Sequence record: NC_061444.1
DNA: 64,000 nucleotides
Direction: 5' to 3' (one strand)
Shown here one piece after another: positions 27,523 to 36,410 of this stretch (position 1 is the stretch's first letter; each line of letters starts with the position of its first letter). The notes beneath the pieces were generated by a model. That model ran no database searches and was not told where the DNA came from. It saw nothing but the letters and a program-made list of their open reading frames with translations. Both the position numbers and the translations under genes were made by a program.

Positions 27523-28147
27523 TGCGCTAAAGGCACTGCCGTTGCTTGTACTGTGTTATATCGCGTGGAACTGGTTGATTGCTCGTCGTGACCGTGACCG
27601 TCAACTTATCAAAGCGCAAGAGCATTATGATCGCGGTCACCTTGATCGCGGTAACGTCTGGATTCATTTAAAGACAGGTCGTCCGTATACCGTTCTCGGT
27701 CTGACTAATACTGGCACGTCGAAAGCTGGCTTGGAAATCAACGTCATCTATACGAATGACTTCAAGCAGATCTATAACAGGCCGTTCAGTGAGTTCTGCC
27801 ACAAGTTCACGCACGTTAGTCGCGGTTCTAATGAAGAACACTTCACTTTGACGCTGATGGGTTTGCAGATGGAAGCTAACACTCGTCTTCTTATTCCACA
27901 AGAAGGTGAGATTTGGTTTGAGGGCACCATACACGCGACACCTCCAGAGCTGGTGGAACGTGGCCACGCACCGCAAGTAGTCAGTCAACGCCGCGCACAT
28001 ATCGACATGGTGCTTGGTGTAGGTGAAGCCCACCCAGTAGTCGTGTATACTGTAAATGACAAGCAGACAGCAATGCTGCTCTCGCAGTTCATTTTCATCT
28101 ATCGCAAAGAGGTGTCCTTCGATGGAACAACCAGCTCTTGTGTTTAA
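27512..28147 (+). CDS. hypothetical protein with N-terminal TM, paralogue of 26926
   Basis: GNVWIHLKTGRPYTV...VIY...RPFSEF; IPQEGEIW. Confidence 0.6.
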   Translation: MLLDALKALPLLVLCYIAWNWLIARRDRDRQLIKAQEHYDRGHLDRGNVWIHLKTGRPYTVLGLTNTGTSKAGLEINVIYTNDFKQIYNRPFSEFCHKFTHVSRGSNEEHFTLTLMGLQMEANTRLLIPQEGEIWFEGTIHATPPELVERGHAPQVVSQRRAHIDMVLGVGEAHPVVVYTVNDKQTAMLLSQFIFIYRKEVSFDGTTSSCV

Positions 28148-28469
28148 ATACGTGATGTTCGTTCGTACACGCAACAAAGAGCGTACTGACGGCGTTCACC
28201 TGCCAGTGATCTTCCCTACCCATATCATGCACTCTGATATGGGCGATGTGATGCGCGGTTACGGTATGCAGAATGGCTATCGTGACAACTACTACCACCA
28301 GCGTGTCGAACCAATCTCTGCTGGCTTCATTAACTTGCGGACGCTTCAATGCTTTGGTGAGTCTGAATCTCTGGAACTCAAATCACGTCCAGAAGACAGT
28401 CAGATAATTGCCGAGTACATGAAGACTCAGGGCAAGGGTGCAGAAGCTCCACCGGAGGAAGACGAGTGA
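28122..28469 (+). CDS. conserved phage hypothetical protein
   Basis: PVIFP..H, PISAGF, CFGESESL..SRPED pattern; gaggt SD. Confidence 0.65.
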   Translation: MEQPALVFKYVMFVRTRNKERTDGVHLPVIFPTHIMHSDMGDVMRGYGMQNGYRDNYYHQRVEPISAGFINLRTLQCFGESESLELKSRPEDSQIIAEYMKTQGKGAEAPPEEDE

Positions 28470-28807
28470 TGGAAACGCTCTTAGCATTTTGGAACAGCCC
28501 GTTCTGGAGCAGCCCTGCATCTGCGTTCGTCGTACCTGTTGTGGTAATCAGCTACTTCATCTTCACCGAATGGCGTGAGCGCCGCATCTTCCGTATGTCA
28601 CGCAAAGCATTCGCAGACGGCTGGGGCCCGAAGAAGAATACGCGCTTTCGTCATAAGTGGTTTCCATTTTTGACGTGTCGCGTTGACTTCTATTCAAACA
28701 GTCCAAATGACGCGTTCGTGCCGACTGTATTCGTTCAACGGAATAGCGGGCGTTATGTGGAAATACCCGCTGGAATCCTACGCTATCGCTGGAAAGAAAT
28801 CCAATGA
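28469..28807 (+). CDS. hypothetical membrane-anchored protein
   Basis: N-terminal hydrophobic segment. Confidence 0.6.
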   Translation: METLLAFWNSPFWSSPASAFVVPVVVISYFIFTEWRERRIFRMSRKAFADGWGPKKNTRFRHKWFPFLTCRVDFYSNSPNDAFVPTVFVQRNSGRYVEIPAGILRYRWKEIQ

Positions 28808-29145
28808 CTACACCAGTAATTCGCTTTGACGAACAGACACGTCAACTGCTGGCAAAGATCTTCGGCATACATAAGCCGTTCTTTGTTGTGCGTCGTGATA
28901 CGATCATCTCAGGTGGTGACTTGGGCTTTCGTGTGTATTTGTCGAATGGCACCAACACTGTTACCGTTCCTCGCGTTAAAGGCCTTGACTTGGGCGACAA
29001 GCTCTATCTCGGTGATGACGAGGAAGTTTATGAGTGGCATCCTCATATAGGCTGCACGTATATGGCCATTGGCGATAATCAGCCAGAAGCACTCGCATTT
29101 GGTCTTCATCCAATCGTTTTTCACAAAGACAGTCGGAACTCTTAA
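28804..29145 (+). CDS. hypothetical protein
   Basis: ATGA-coupled ORF. Confidence 0.6.
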   Translation: MTTPVIRFDEQTRQLLAKIFGIHKPFFVVRRDTIISGGDLGFRVYLSNGTNTVTVPRVKGLDLGDKLYLGDDEEVYEWHPHIGCTYMAIGDNQPEALAFGLHPIVFHKDSRNS

Positions 29146-30248
29146 TGGCAAAGCAAACTCTTGATCTACGCGATCCTAATCAGTACGAACTCTATTCCCT
29201 GCATTGTGTTGACGAGCAATACATCAATCTGGGCAACGCTATTATCTCTCAGGGTACTGATGAGTCAGACCCAGGCCGTACAGAAGATACGTGGCGCACC
29301 ATTATCGGCTGTGGCTTCCAGTTGTCAAACACGCTGATCGCTTTCCCTGCGTTAGTCAGTGCTCGTAAGAACTGGCTGGCAGCAGTCGATGAGATGTGCT
29401 GGATGTCTCGCGGCGAAACGAATATCAGCTCGCTCAATTCCAAAATCTGGAATGAGTGGGCAGATGAAGACGGCGAGTGCGGCCCTATCTACGGTCTGAT
29501 GTGGCGCATGTGGCCTGATATCAAAACGTTCCCGACTATTGAGTCGATGAAAGAGCGTCAGATCAGCGATGCAGAAATCGAGCGCATCTCGAAAGAGATC
29601 AATCGCATGAAAGCTGCCGGGTACACTGAAACGCAAATGGCTGACGGTCGTGTGTGCTACGAAGGTACAGTTGACCAGTTCGCTGATGCGCTGCGTCAGG
29701 TAATGGCCCGCAGTCGTTCTCGTCGTATTCGCGTTCAGGCGTACAACCCGTCCTATCTGCACATGCAGGGTCTGCCTCCGTGCCACACCGAGTTCGAGTT
29801 CAACGTAACCAAGCCGACGCTGTATGAAATCGCTCAGATGGAAGCGCGTCAAATGGCACCGGCCGAAGATTCGTTGCACATCGTTGTGACCATGAGATCG
29901 AACGATGTGCTCTTGGGCAGGCCATTTAACATCATCGGCTACAGCGCCATGCACCAGATGATTGCCAAGTGGGCTGGCTTGAACGTCGGCAGCTTTACGC
30001 TCAACACTACCAACACGCACCTGTACACGCATCACTTTGAAGCGTTTGAAAAGCAGCGTGAGCAGTGGGCAGTTCTCGCAGACAACATTAAGCGCACTGG
30101 CGAACCTGTTGTCTATCCTATGCTGGAAATCAGCGACGACATTCTCGGTCTGACGCCGGAAGAGTTGCTGGACAACGCGAACGCAGAGTGGTTCCAGCTT
30201 CTCGATTACGCACCATCACCAGCGGTCAAAGGACGTGTGACGAAATGA
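29145..30248 (+). CDS. thyA: thymidylate synthase
   Basis: IWNEWAD, GPIYG, SRR, LPPCH, MRSND, GRPFN, HLY. Confidence 0.95.
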   Translation: MAKQTLDLRDPNQYELYSLHCVDEQYINLGNAIISQGTDESDPGRTEDTWRTIIGCGFQLSNTLIAFPALVSARKNWLAAVDEMCWMSRGETNISSLNSKIWNEWADEDGECGPIYGLMWRMWPDIKTFPTIESMKERQISDAEIERISKEINRMKAAGYTETQMADGRVCYEGTVDQFADALRQVMARSRSRRIRVQAYNPSYLHMQGLPPCHTEFEFNVTKPTLYEIAQMEARQMAPAEDSLHIVVTMRSNDVLLGRPFNIIGYSAMHQMIAKWAGLNVGSFTLNTTNTHLYTHHFEAFEKQREQWAVLADNIKRTGEPVVYPMLEISDDILGLTPEELLDNANAEWFQLLDYAPSPAVKGRVTK

Positions 30249-30907
30249 TTGACAATAACTTCCTGCTGATTAAACGTATCAGCGCTTTCCTGTACCTTGG
30301 TTATGCAGAGAAAGAGCTGTACATCCCGCGCCGTGGCGTAGAAACGTTTGACGTGCTTATCCCTAATCCTAAAGGTCTGGCCGAAGAAGGTCCTATCCTG
30401 ACGATGCGAGCACGTTGCATCTATCATCTGCCGCACAACTGCTTCCTGATTCAACGTGTCGATGACGGTCGCTCTGGTTCGTATGAGCACCCATCATTGA
30501 TGAAGTCGCACTGCCAGAAAAACGAAGGCGTGTTCCAGAGATCAGAGCACGGTCGTGAGCAGTCTGCCGTTAACCTGATACTGAACGAACTGCGCGATGC
30601 AGAAACTGATCATCCTACGTGGCCGGAAGAATGTATTCACGCTGCATCCATCGTTGTTGAAGAAGCGGGTGAGTTGCTTCGTGACTGCGCTACGTTTGAA
30701 GAAAACGGCGATATGCGTCTGATTGAAAACATGGGGATTGAAGCTGTGCAGACAGGCGCAATGGCAGTTCGTTTCCTCAAGAATCTGCCGCGCAGCCAGA
30801 AGCGCACAATCCCACACAATGCCCTGCGTTCTATTCTCGATTCCGGGATGACACAGGAACAGCAACTGATTGAGTTGCGCCGCCTTGTAGAAAATGGAGT
30901 AAGCTAA
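30245..30907 (+). CDS. protein with C-terminal MazG-like NTP pyrophosphatase domain
   Basis: IVVEEAGELL...EAVQTGAMAVRFL. Confidence 0.6.
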   Translation: MIDNNFLLIKRISAFLYLGYAEKELYIPRRGVETFDVLIPNPKGLAEEGPILTMRARCIYHLPHNCFLIQRVDDGRSGSYEHPSLMKSHCQKNEGVFQRSEHGREQSAVNLILNELRDAETDHPTWPEECIHAASIVVEEAGELLRDCATFEENGDMRLIENMGIEAVQTGAMAVRFLKNLPRSQKRTIPHNALRSILDSGMTQEQQLIELRRLVENGVS

Positions 30908-31797
30908 TGAAGCTATTAGGCTATGCTGCTTGTGGCGGCACACCCTTTCGTATTCTGCGTGTGCAGGACTATGGTAGGCTGACTGGCGGTACGCACGAAC
31001 GTCTTGACCTGTTCGGTTGTATCTTCACTAACGTAGACGTGTCGCACGACATTGATACGAATCTGGCGTATCTGTCTTTACCCACAGCTAATGACTGGCG
31101 TGTTAATCTGACCAATCCAATGTTCACCAAAGAGTACATGGACTGGTTCAACGGTTACTCACCTACAATCGAAGTCATGCTTGACGCACACAAGCTGAAA
31201 GCACTCCTGCCTAACATCACGCAAGAGTTTGACCAGTTCGTTGACTGGCTGAAAGTGCAGATAGCGAAGATGCCGACGCTTGAAGTCTCGTTTAAGAACG
31301 ACACTCTTACGGCGGTTGCGACCGGTAATAAGTACGACATTTGGATGCTGTACAAACACTACCTGATGGTTGACGGCAATCTGATTGTGACACGCAATCC
31401 TGAAGGTGATGTTATCTTCCACGATGCTCACATCTCTGAAAAAGGTACCAAGCATTGGTTGCTTGAGCACAACAAAGAGATGATGCGCCTCGCAGCAGAA
31501 AATGATCTGCTAGCTGCATACATCACTTTCGGTGCGGTGCGCGGACACCCTCAGTATCAGTACACGTTTGTAACGCGTGAAGGTGACTACATGCACCGGC
31601 CAGTAGATGAAGCAGAGTTCACGCACATCGCTATTCGCGGGCAAATGCCTGTCGTGTTGTTTAAAGATGAGGGCGCTAACCTGAATCTTACTGTCAACAT
31701 CGATCAGCACTTCCCGCAGAAGTATCTCGACTTCACGCGTACTGCGCATCCAGTCATCGGCTACAACCATGCACTGAACCTGATTCGCTTCATCTGA
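30907..31797 (+). CDS. hypothetical protein (296 aa)
   Basis: Long coupled ORF. Confidence 0.7.
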   Translation: MKLLGYAACGGTPFRILRVQDYGRLTGGTHERLDLFGCIFTNVDVSHDIDTNLAYLSLPTANDWRVNLTNPMFTKEYMDWFNGYSPTIEVMLDAHKLKALLPNITQEFDQFVDWLKVQIAKMPTLEVSFKNDTLTAVATGNKYDIWMLYKHYLMVDGNLIVTRNPEGDVIFHDAHISEKGTKHWLLEHNKEMMRLAAENDLLAAYITFGAVRGHPQYQYTFVTREGDYMHRPVDEAEFTHIAIRGQMPVVLFKDEGANLNLTVNIDQHFPQKYLDFTRTAHPVIGYNHALNLIRFI

Positions 31798-31806
31798 CCG
31801 GCTGCC

Positions 31807-31842
31807 GTCTCCTGTCAGTAATTTAACTTTCTAACAGGAGAC
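31807..31842 (+). promoter_or_regulatory. 9-bp hairpin sequestering the SD of gene 31848
   Basis: GTCTCCTGT (31807-15) / ACAGGAGAC (31834-42); the 3' arm contains AGGAG. Confidence 0.6.
31813..31825 (+). promoter_or_regulatory. putative phage promoter, TAATTT class
   Basis: TGTCAGTAATTTA, identical 13-mer at 57846-57858 on the minus strand; 22 nt before the ATG. Confidence 0.6.
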
Positions 31843-31847
31843 TTGCC

Positions 31848-32183
31848 ATGAAATACGATCCGAAGAAAGACTACAAACCATTTCAGTATCTGGGTGCGCC
31901 TAAAGCTCCAACAAGCGGTTACTTGGGCAGTACAGTGTTTGTCGTAGAGAACGATGTTAACATCGGAAGTGATGAATGCGAGTTCGTATTCACTGTAGCT
32001 CAGATGAATGAGATGGATAGAGGTACTGTTACGTTCCGTGCTAAAGACTCGGGCGGAGGTATCACGATAAAGAAATGCTCGGTCTCAGGTCTGAAAATGG
32101 TAATTAAGCTGGACAGACGCGTCATACAGTTTGGCAAAGTTCAGGTCGAATGGCAGACAACGCCCCGACATTATTACTACTGA
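31848..32183 (+). CDS. hypothetical protein (111 aa, beta-rich)
   Basis: Strong SD; first gene of the ParB/C5-transferase unit. Confidence 0.65.
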   Translation: MKYDPKKDYKPFQYLGAPKAPTSGYLGSTVFVVENDVNIGSDECEFVFTVAQMNEMDRGTVTFRAKDSGGGITIKKCSVSGLKMVIKLDRRVIQFGKVQVEWQTTPRHYYY

Positions 32184-32184
32184 A

Positions 32185-32194
32185 TCTGTAAAGA
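32185..32194 (+). promoter_or_regulatory. putative phage promoter, CTGTAAA class (variant)
   Basis: TCTGTAAAGA intergenic, 32 nt before ATG 32227. Confidence 0.45.
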
Positions 32195-32226
32195 CAGAGA
32201 AAGAGCAACCGATAAGAGATACGATA

Positions 32227-32931
32227 ATGGCAAAAACTGCTACCAAAACAAAGGACGGAAAAAAGAAAGGCGAGTTGAAGTTTGATCTGAAAAAACTCAA
32301 TTCAGTCTCTCAGCTCAAGGGCGCAGAGTACAACCCGCGCTTCATTACTGACAGTCGCTTGAAAGCTCTCGAAGGTTCTCTCGGGAGTTTCGGTGATCTG
32401 TCTGGTATCGTGTTCAACAACAACATCAAGTCTGGTGTGTTGATCTCAGGCCACCAGCGTCTGAAATCAATCGACGGTTGGAAAACTCGCATCGAGATTC
32501 AGCCGACGACTGACAAGCACGGTACTATCGGTCTGGGCTACATTCATGCAACGCATCCGAAGAAAGCTGATCGTGTTATCAGCATTCCTCTGCGTGTCGT
32601 GAACTGGACTGATAAGAAAGCTGAGTACGCAGCGAACATCGCAGCGAACGCCCACGGCGGTGAGTTCGATAACAAGAAGCTCGCCAAGCTGGTTGAGAAA
32701 CTCGATCTGAATACGATCAAGCCTCAGCTGCTGGGTCTCGACCCGCTTGAGATTCGTGGTCTGCAAGCCAAGATCAAGATTCAGGCGAACGTCGAAGATA
32801 CGAAACGTGCTGGCAAGACTACTGGCCAGATGAACGGCAGCACCGGTAAGTTTAATGAGTACAACCCTGATGATGTGGGTGACACTCTGAACTGCACCTG
32901 CCCGCGTTGTGGATTTAAGTTCGAGGGATAA
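32227..32931 (+). CDS. ParB/Srx-like domain protein with C-terminal zinc ribbon
   Basis: YNPR, SLGSFG, LISGHQR, ANAHGGEFD, CTCPRCGFKF; start re-called. Confidence 0.8.
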   Translation: MAKTATKTKDGKKKGELKFDLKKLNSVSQLKGAEYNPRFITDSRLKALEGSLGSFGDLSGIVFNNNIKSGVLISGHQRLKSIDGWKTRIEIQPTTDKHGTIGLGYIHATHPKKADRVISIPLRVVNWTDKKAEYAANIAANAHGGEFDNKKLAKLVEKLDLNTIKPQLLGLDPLEIRGLQAKIKIQANVEDTKRAGKTTGQMNGSTGKFNEYNPDDVGDTLNCTCPRCGFKFEG

Positions 32932-32932
32932 T

Positions 32933-35062
32933 ATGATCATCAAGCCGCCAACCATGAAGGAAATCAACAAGCTGGCTAAACCCTGGCGTGGTATGAGTTT
33001 CTTCGCAGGTTGCGGTGGGTCTTCGACCGGTCACAAGATGGCCGGTATCGACATTCTGTTGAGCAACGAGTTTATTGACTCTGCGCGTGAGTCGTATGAA
33101 GCAAACCACCCGACAACCAAAGTGCTGCCTCATGATATCCGTCGCTTAGACCCAAGCAAGCTGTTGCGCTACTGCGGTCTTGCTAAGGGTGAGCTGGATT
33201 TGCTTGATGGTAGTCCTCCGTGCTTTACCGAAGACACAATCATCCACACTGCTGACGGCATGAAGTTCATTTCTGATATGCACGTCAACGATCTGGCAAT
33301 GACGAGCGTTGGTGAATACTTTCCTGTGTACGACACTATGGTTCGTCCGTATGTCGGTACGATGCACAAGATTGAAACGATGCTCGGTAGCAACAAAGCA
33401 ACGCCAGAGCACCCGTTCTTTGTTCGTCGCTCTCAGGCAGACGGTAGCTACTCTGAGCCGTTCTGGTGTGATGCGAAAGACGTGCAAGAAGGTGACTTGC
33501 TCTGTACGCCGCGCACTACCCCTGACATGGGGATTGACGTGTATCAGGCTCAGATTGATCAGTTGCCTAAGTTAGTAGCGGACTGGGTGACTTACCCTGA
33601 GTTCTGGTGGATGATTGGTCACTGGTGTGATCGTGGCACAATCGAAACAGTTAACGGTGTTGACGTCATCTGCTTCGAGTCGCACTCAAGCCTTGAGAAC
33701 GCGATGATCGAGCAGGCGTTTGATGCGCTTAAAATCAGTAGCCTGAATCGTATCGACACGACAACGGCGCAGCGCAAAACATTCCGCACTGTTATCGAAG
33801 CAGAGCTGGTGCAGTTCCTGCGTCGATTCGTCAGTCAGGAGCAGAACAAGTTTTCTCGTCGTCTGCCTGCAATCGTGTTCCATTTGTCAAACGAGTTGAA
33901 GCAACAATTCATTCTCGGTTGTGCGGGGCATGACTACGTGACTGCTATGGGCACAAGCCTTGCTATCACATCTGATAGTCGCCGCTTCCTGATTGAGCTG
34001 AACTACCTGTGTGCGTCTGCTTTCAATCGTCCGCTGTTTGACGGTCTTATCTGGGCAGACGTTAACTTCGGTAGTGCGTTAACGCCGCGTGAGCGTAACA
34101 GTTCACGAGCGCATATCGGCTTCCTGTTCCTGCAGGATGAAGCGCTGTTCATGCACGAGTTCTCCGATGAAGACCCGCATCTCTGGGTTGAAGTGATTGA
34201 GAACCTCGCGTATCAGGCGACCTGTGACGTGTATAACTTCTCTGTGCAGACAGACGAGACATACGTTGCAAATAGCATGGTCGTTCACAACTGCAAAGGC
34301 TTCTCTACTGCTGGTGTGAAAGAAGAAGGCTGGGGCAAAGAAGTTAAATACAGCGACAACAAGTATCAGCAGGTTGATGACCTGTTCGATCAGTATTGCC
34401 GTATGTTGCAAGGCATGGAGCCAAAAGTGTTCACTGCGGAAAACGTCAGTGGCCTAATCAAGGGTACCTCTAAAGGGTACTTTGTCGAAATCATGAAGCA
34501 CTTCGACAGATTAGGTTATTATGTTCGTGCTCCGATGTTGAATGCTTGCTGGCTTGGCGTACCGCAATCGCGTGAGCGTATCATCTTCATGGGTGTGCGT
34601 AAAGACGTTGCCCACGCACTCGGCTATAAGTCTGCTCAGACCGCTGTGCCTGATGTTATCCCGTGCGAGACGCAAGCGTTTCTCGGTGATGCGTTACCGC
34701 ACATCATGCGATACAAAACAACGCAGCGTGACCTGATCAAATATCTGCCTGCCGTTAACGGTCCGATGCCTACGATTACTGCTGCTGATGCGATTGCGTA
34801 TGAGACTGCGCGATTCTCGTCTGCTGGCTTTATCGAAGACAACAAAGGTCATCGCCGTAAGCTGACCATCGACGAACTCAAAGTTATCTCTGGACTGCCG
34901 TCTGACTATAAGCTGATGGGCGAGTTTGAAGAACAATGGGAACGTCTTGGTCGTATCTGTGTGCCAGCAATGACACACGCTGCATCTAAGGCTTTCATCG
35001 AGCACATTCTTCTGCCGTATGCGAAGAAGCGTAAGAAGAAGCCCGGCGATATCTTTAAGTAA
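32933..35062 (+). CDS. C5 cytosine methyltransferase-fold enzyme with intein; candidate cytosine carboxymethyltransferase (CmoX-like)
   Basis: Motif I FAGCGG, IV GSPP/C, VI AENV, VIII QSRERI; motif X reads LGRICVP instead of GNAVP. Confidence 0.85.
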   Translation: MIIKPPTMKEINKLAKPWRGMSFFAGCGGSSTGHKMAGIDILLSNEFIDSARESYEANHPTTKVLPHDIRRLDPSKLLRYCGLAKGELDLLDGSPPCFTEDTIIHTADGMKFISDMHVNDLAMTSVGEYFPVYDTMVRPYVGTMHKIETMLGSNKATPEHPFFVRRSQADGSYSEPFWCDAKDVQEGDLLCTPRTTPDMGIDVYQAQIDQLPKLVADWVTYPEFWWMIGHWCDRGTIETVNGVDVICFESHSSLENAMIEQAFDALKISSLNRIDTTTAQRKTFRTVIEAELVQFLRRFVSQEQNKFSRRLPAIVFHLSNELKQQFILGCAGHDYVTAMGTSLAITSDSRRFLIELNYLCASAFNRPLFDGLIWADVNFGSALTPRERNSSRAHIGFLFLQDEALFMHEFSDEDPHLWVEVIENLAYQATCDVYNFSVQTDETYVANSMVVHNCKGFSTAGVKEEGWGKEVKYSDNKYQQVDDLFDQYCRMLQGMEPKVFTAENVSGLIKGTSKGYFVEIMKHFDRLGYYVRAPMLNACWLGVPQSRERIIFMGVRKDVAHALGYKSAQTAVPDVIPCETQAFLGDALPHIMRYKTTQRDLIKYLPAVNGPMPTITAADAIAYETARFSSAGFIEDNKGHRRKLTIDELKVISGLPSDYKLMGEFEEQWERLGRICVPAMTHAASKAFIEHILLPYAKKRKKKPGDIFK
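33221..34291 (+). mobile_element. 357-aa intein with degenerate LAGLIDADG region
   Basis: Starts CFTEDT, ATPEHPF, ends YNFSV...VHN followed by Cys; removal restores SPPCKGFS. Confidence 0.92.
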
Positions 35063-35071
35063 GGGCGCGTT

Positions 35072-35173
35072 ATGTTCTGGGCAGGCTTAGGCTTAGGTGT
35101 CGTTTTAGGCGCAGTGCTGTGCATCGGCATTGCGTGGTATTACCTCAGAGACTTTGCAGTGTTCAAGTCTTAA
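35072..35173 (+). CDS. 33-aa membrane peptide (not in ORF track)
   Basis: MFWAGLGLGVVLGAVLCIGIAWYYLRDFAVFKS. Confidence 0.55.
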   Translation: MFWAGLGLGVVLGAVLCIGIAWYYLRDFAVFKS

Positions 35174-35206
35174 TAACCGTGGACAAGGACGTCCGGAGAA
35201 TTTCAA

Positions 35207-35773
35207 ATGTCATATACAATCACTCGTGGTGCAATGATCGCTTTCGTCCAGAACGGTCAGTTGCAATGTCGCAGCATCAAAGTAAAAGCGTCTGGTATTC
35301 AAGACGTCTATATCTACAACAAGCTGGCCGGATTACAGGCGCTTCTCAACACGAAGATCTTCACGCAAGGCCCTTCCGGCGCGGACGTTCTTCCTACTGA
35401 TGAATACATCAAGGCTGCCCACTGTCTCTACACTGACCTGGGCATTCTGAAACGTCTGGAGCGTATGTTCTCCGATGAAGACGTGACGATTCGTATCATC
35501 GACAAACAGCGTGATACGCCGCTTTCAGTTGCGTCTGTGTTCTGGATTGATCGCAAGGACATGATTGCCTTTCAGGTACTTGAGACCGACAAGAAAGAGC
35601 ACAACAGAAAGACTATCCTCATCACTGAGGCGGTCGATGTTAAGTACCCAGGCAACCCTACTGTTCTGCGCTACGATGCGGACGAGCAGTGCGTCTACGA
35701 CACCGACCTGTGCAACAATGTCTACACGCTGCACGGTTGGAACGAAACTGTTACCCACTCAGCGGATAAGTAA
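35207..35773 (+). CDS. hypothetical protein (188 aa)
   Basis: SD ggag. Confidence 0.65.
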   Translation: MSYTITRGAMIAFVQNGQLQCRSIKVKASGIQDVYIYNKLAGLQALLNTKIFTQGPSGADVLPTDEYIKAAHCLYTDLGILKRLERMFSDEDVTIRIIDKQRDTPLSVASVFWIDRKDMIAFQVLETDKKEHNRKTILITEAVDVKYPGNPTVLRYDADEQCVYDTDLCNNVYTLHGWNETVTHSADK

Positions 35774-35774
35774 C

Positions 35775-35942
35775 ATGATACGCTACCCGATAATCTTCTT
35801 CGCTACATGGATTCTGGTAGCGTACTCGTTATCTACAGTGGAAGTATCTCCTGAATGGTGCGAGCGCATTGGCATAGTATGCGCCGCTGTCTTCACGCAT
35901 TTTGAAATGAAGTGGCAACGTTTTATTAAGGATCGTGGCTAA
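35775..35942 (+). CDS. small membrane protein
   Basis: Start re-called to ATG 35775; two hydrophobic segments. Confidence 0.55.
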   Translation: MIRYPIIFFATWILVAYSLSTVEVSPEWCERIGIVCAAVFTHFEMKWQRFIKDRG

Positions 35943-36352
35943 TGAGCAAGCGCCAAGAAGCAATTGGTATTCTGAAAGAGTTTGGCTTTGAGCACCATCG
36001 TGGTTTTATTCGTTTCGTTCGCGGTGAGTATCTGTCTTCGTTCCAGTTCCATCTGGACGAGATACGCGAAGTGACTGTGGCACAGGGTGAAGGTGTCAAC
36101 AAAGCAGACGGAAGCATCGTTACCGTATGTCGCGTTAACATTGATTTGATTGGCGGTGGCGTTGCCCACTCAGTACCGATGCACCCTGAACGTGATAAAA
36201 GAAACTACGAGCGCCTTTCTGCCGCTCTCTTGTTGTTGCGTGATTCAGCTTGTGGTCTGCCTTACGCAGATTATCACGTCCGTCTTGTTGATACAAAGTT
36301 TTACACCAACCCGCCAGTTGTTGACTGGCCTGTTGAAACTCCCGCCAAGTAA
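35942..36352 (+). CDS. hypothetical protein
   Basis: Coupled ORF. Confidence 0.6.
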   Translation: MSKRQEAIGILKEFGFEHHRGFIRFVRGEYLSSFQFHLDEIREVTVAQGEGVNKADGSIVTVCRVNIDLIGGGVAHSVPMHPERDKRNYERLSAALLLLRDSACGLPYADYHVRLVDTKFYTNPPVVDWPVETPAK

Positions 36353-36410
36353 TTGGCATTCGGTGTGTAGCGTAAACTCGACTACACCCTCTACCTAAAA
36401 GGTATGTACT

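Noticed and set aside
29145-30248. ThyA-family gene as a dCMP hydroxymethylase
   Set aside because: The specificity residue is Asn (PFN), typical of dUMP-specific thymidylate synthase
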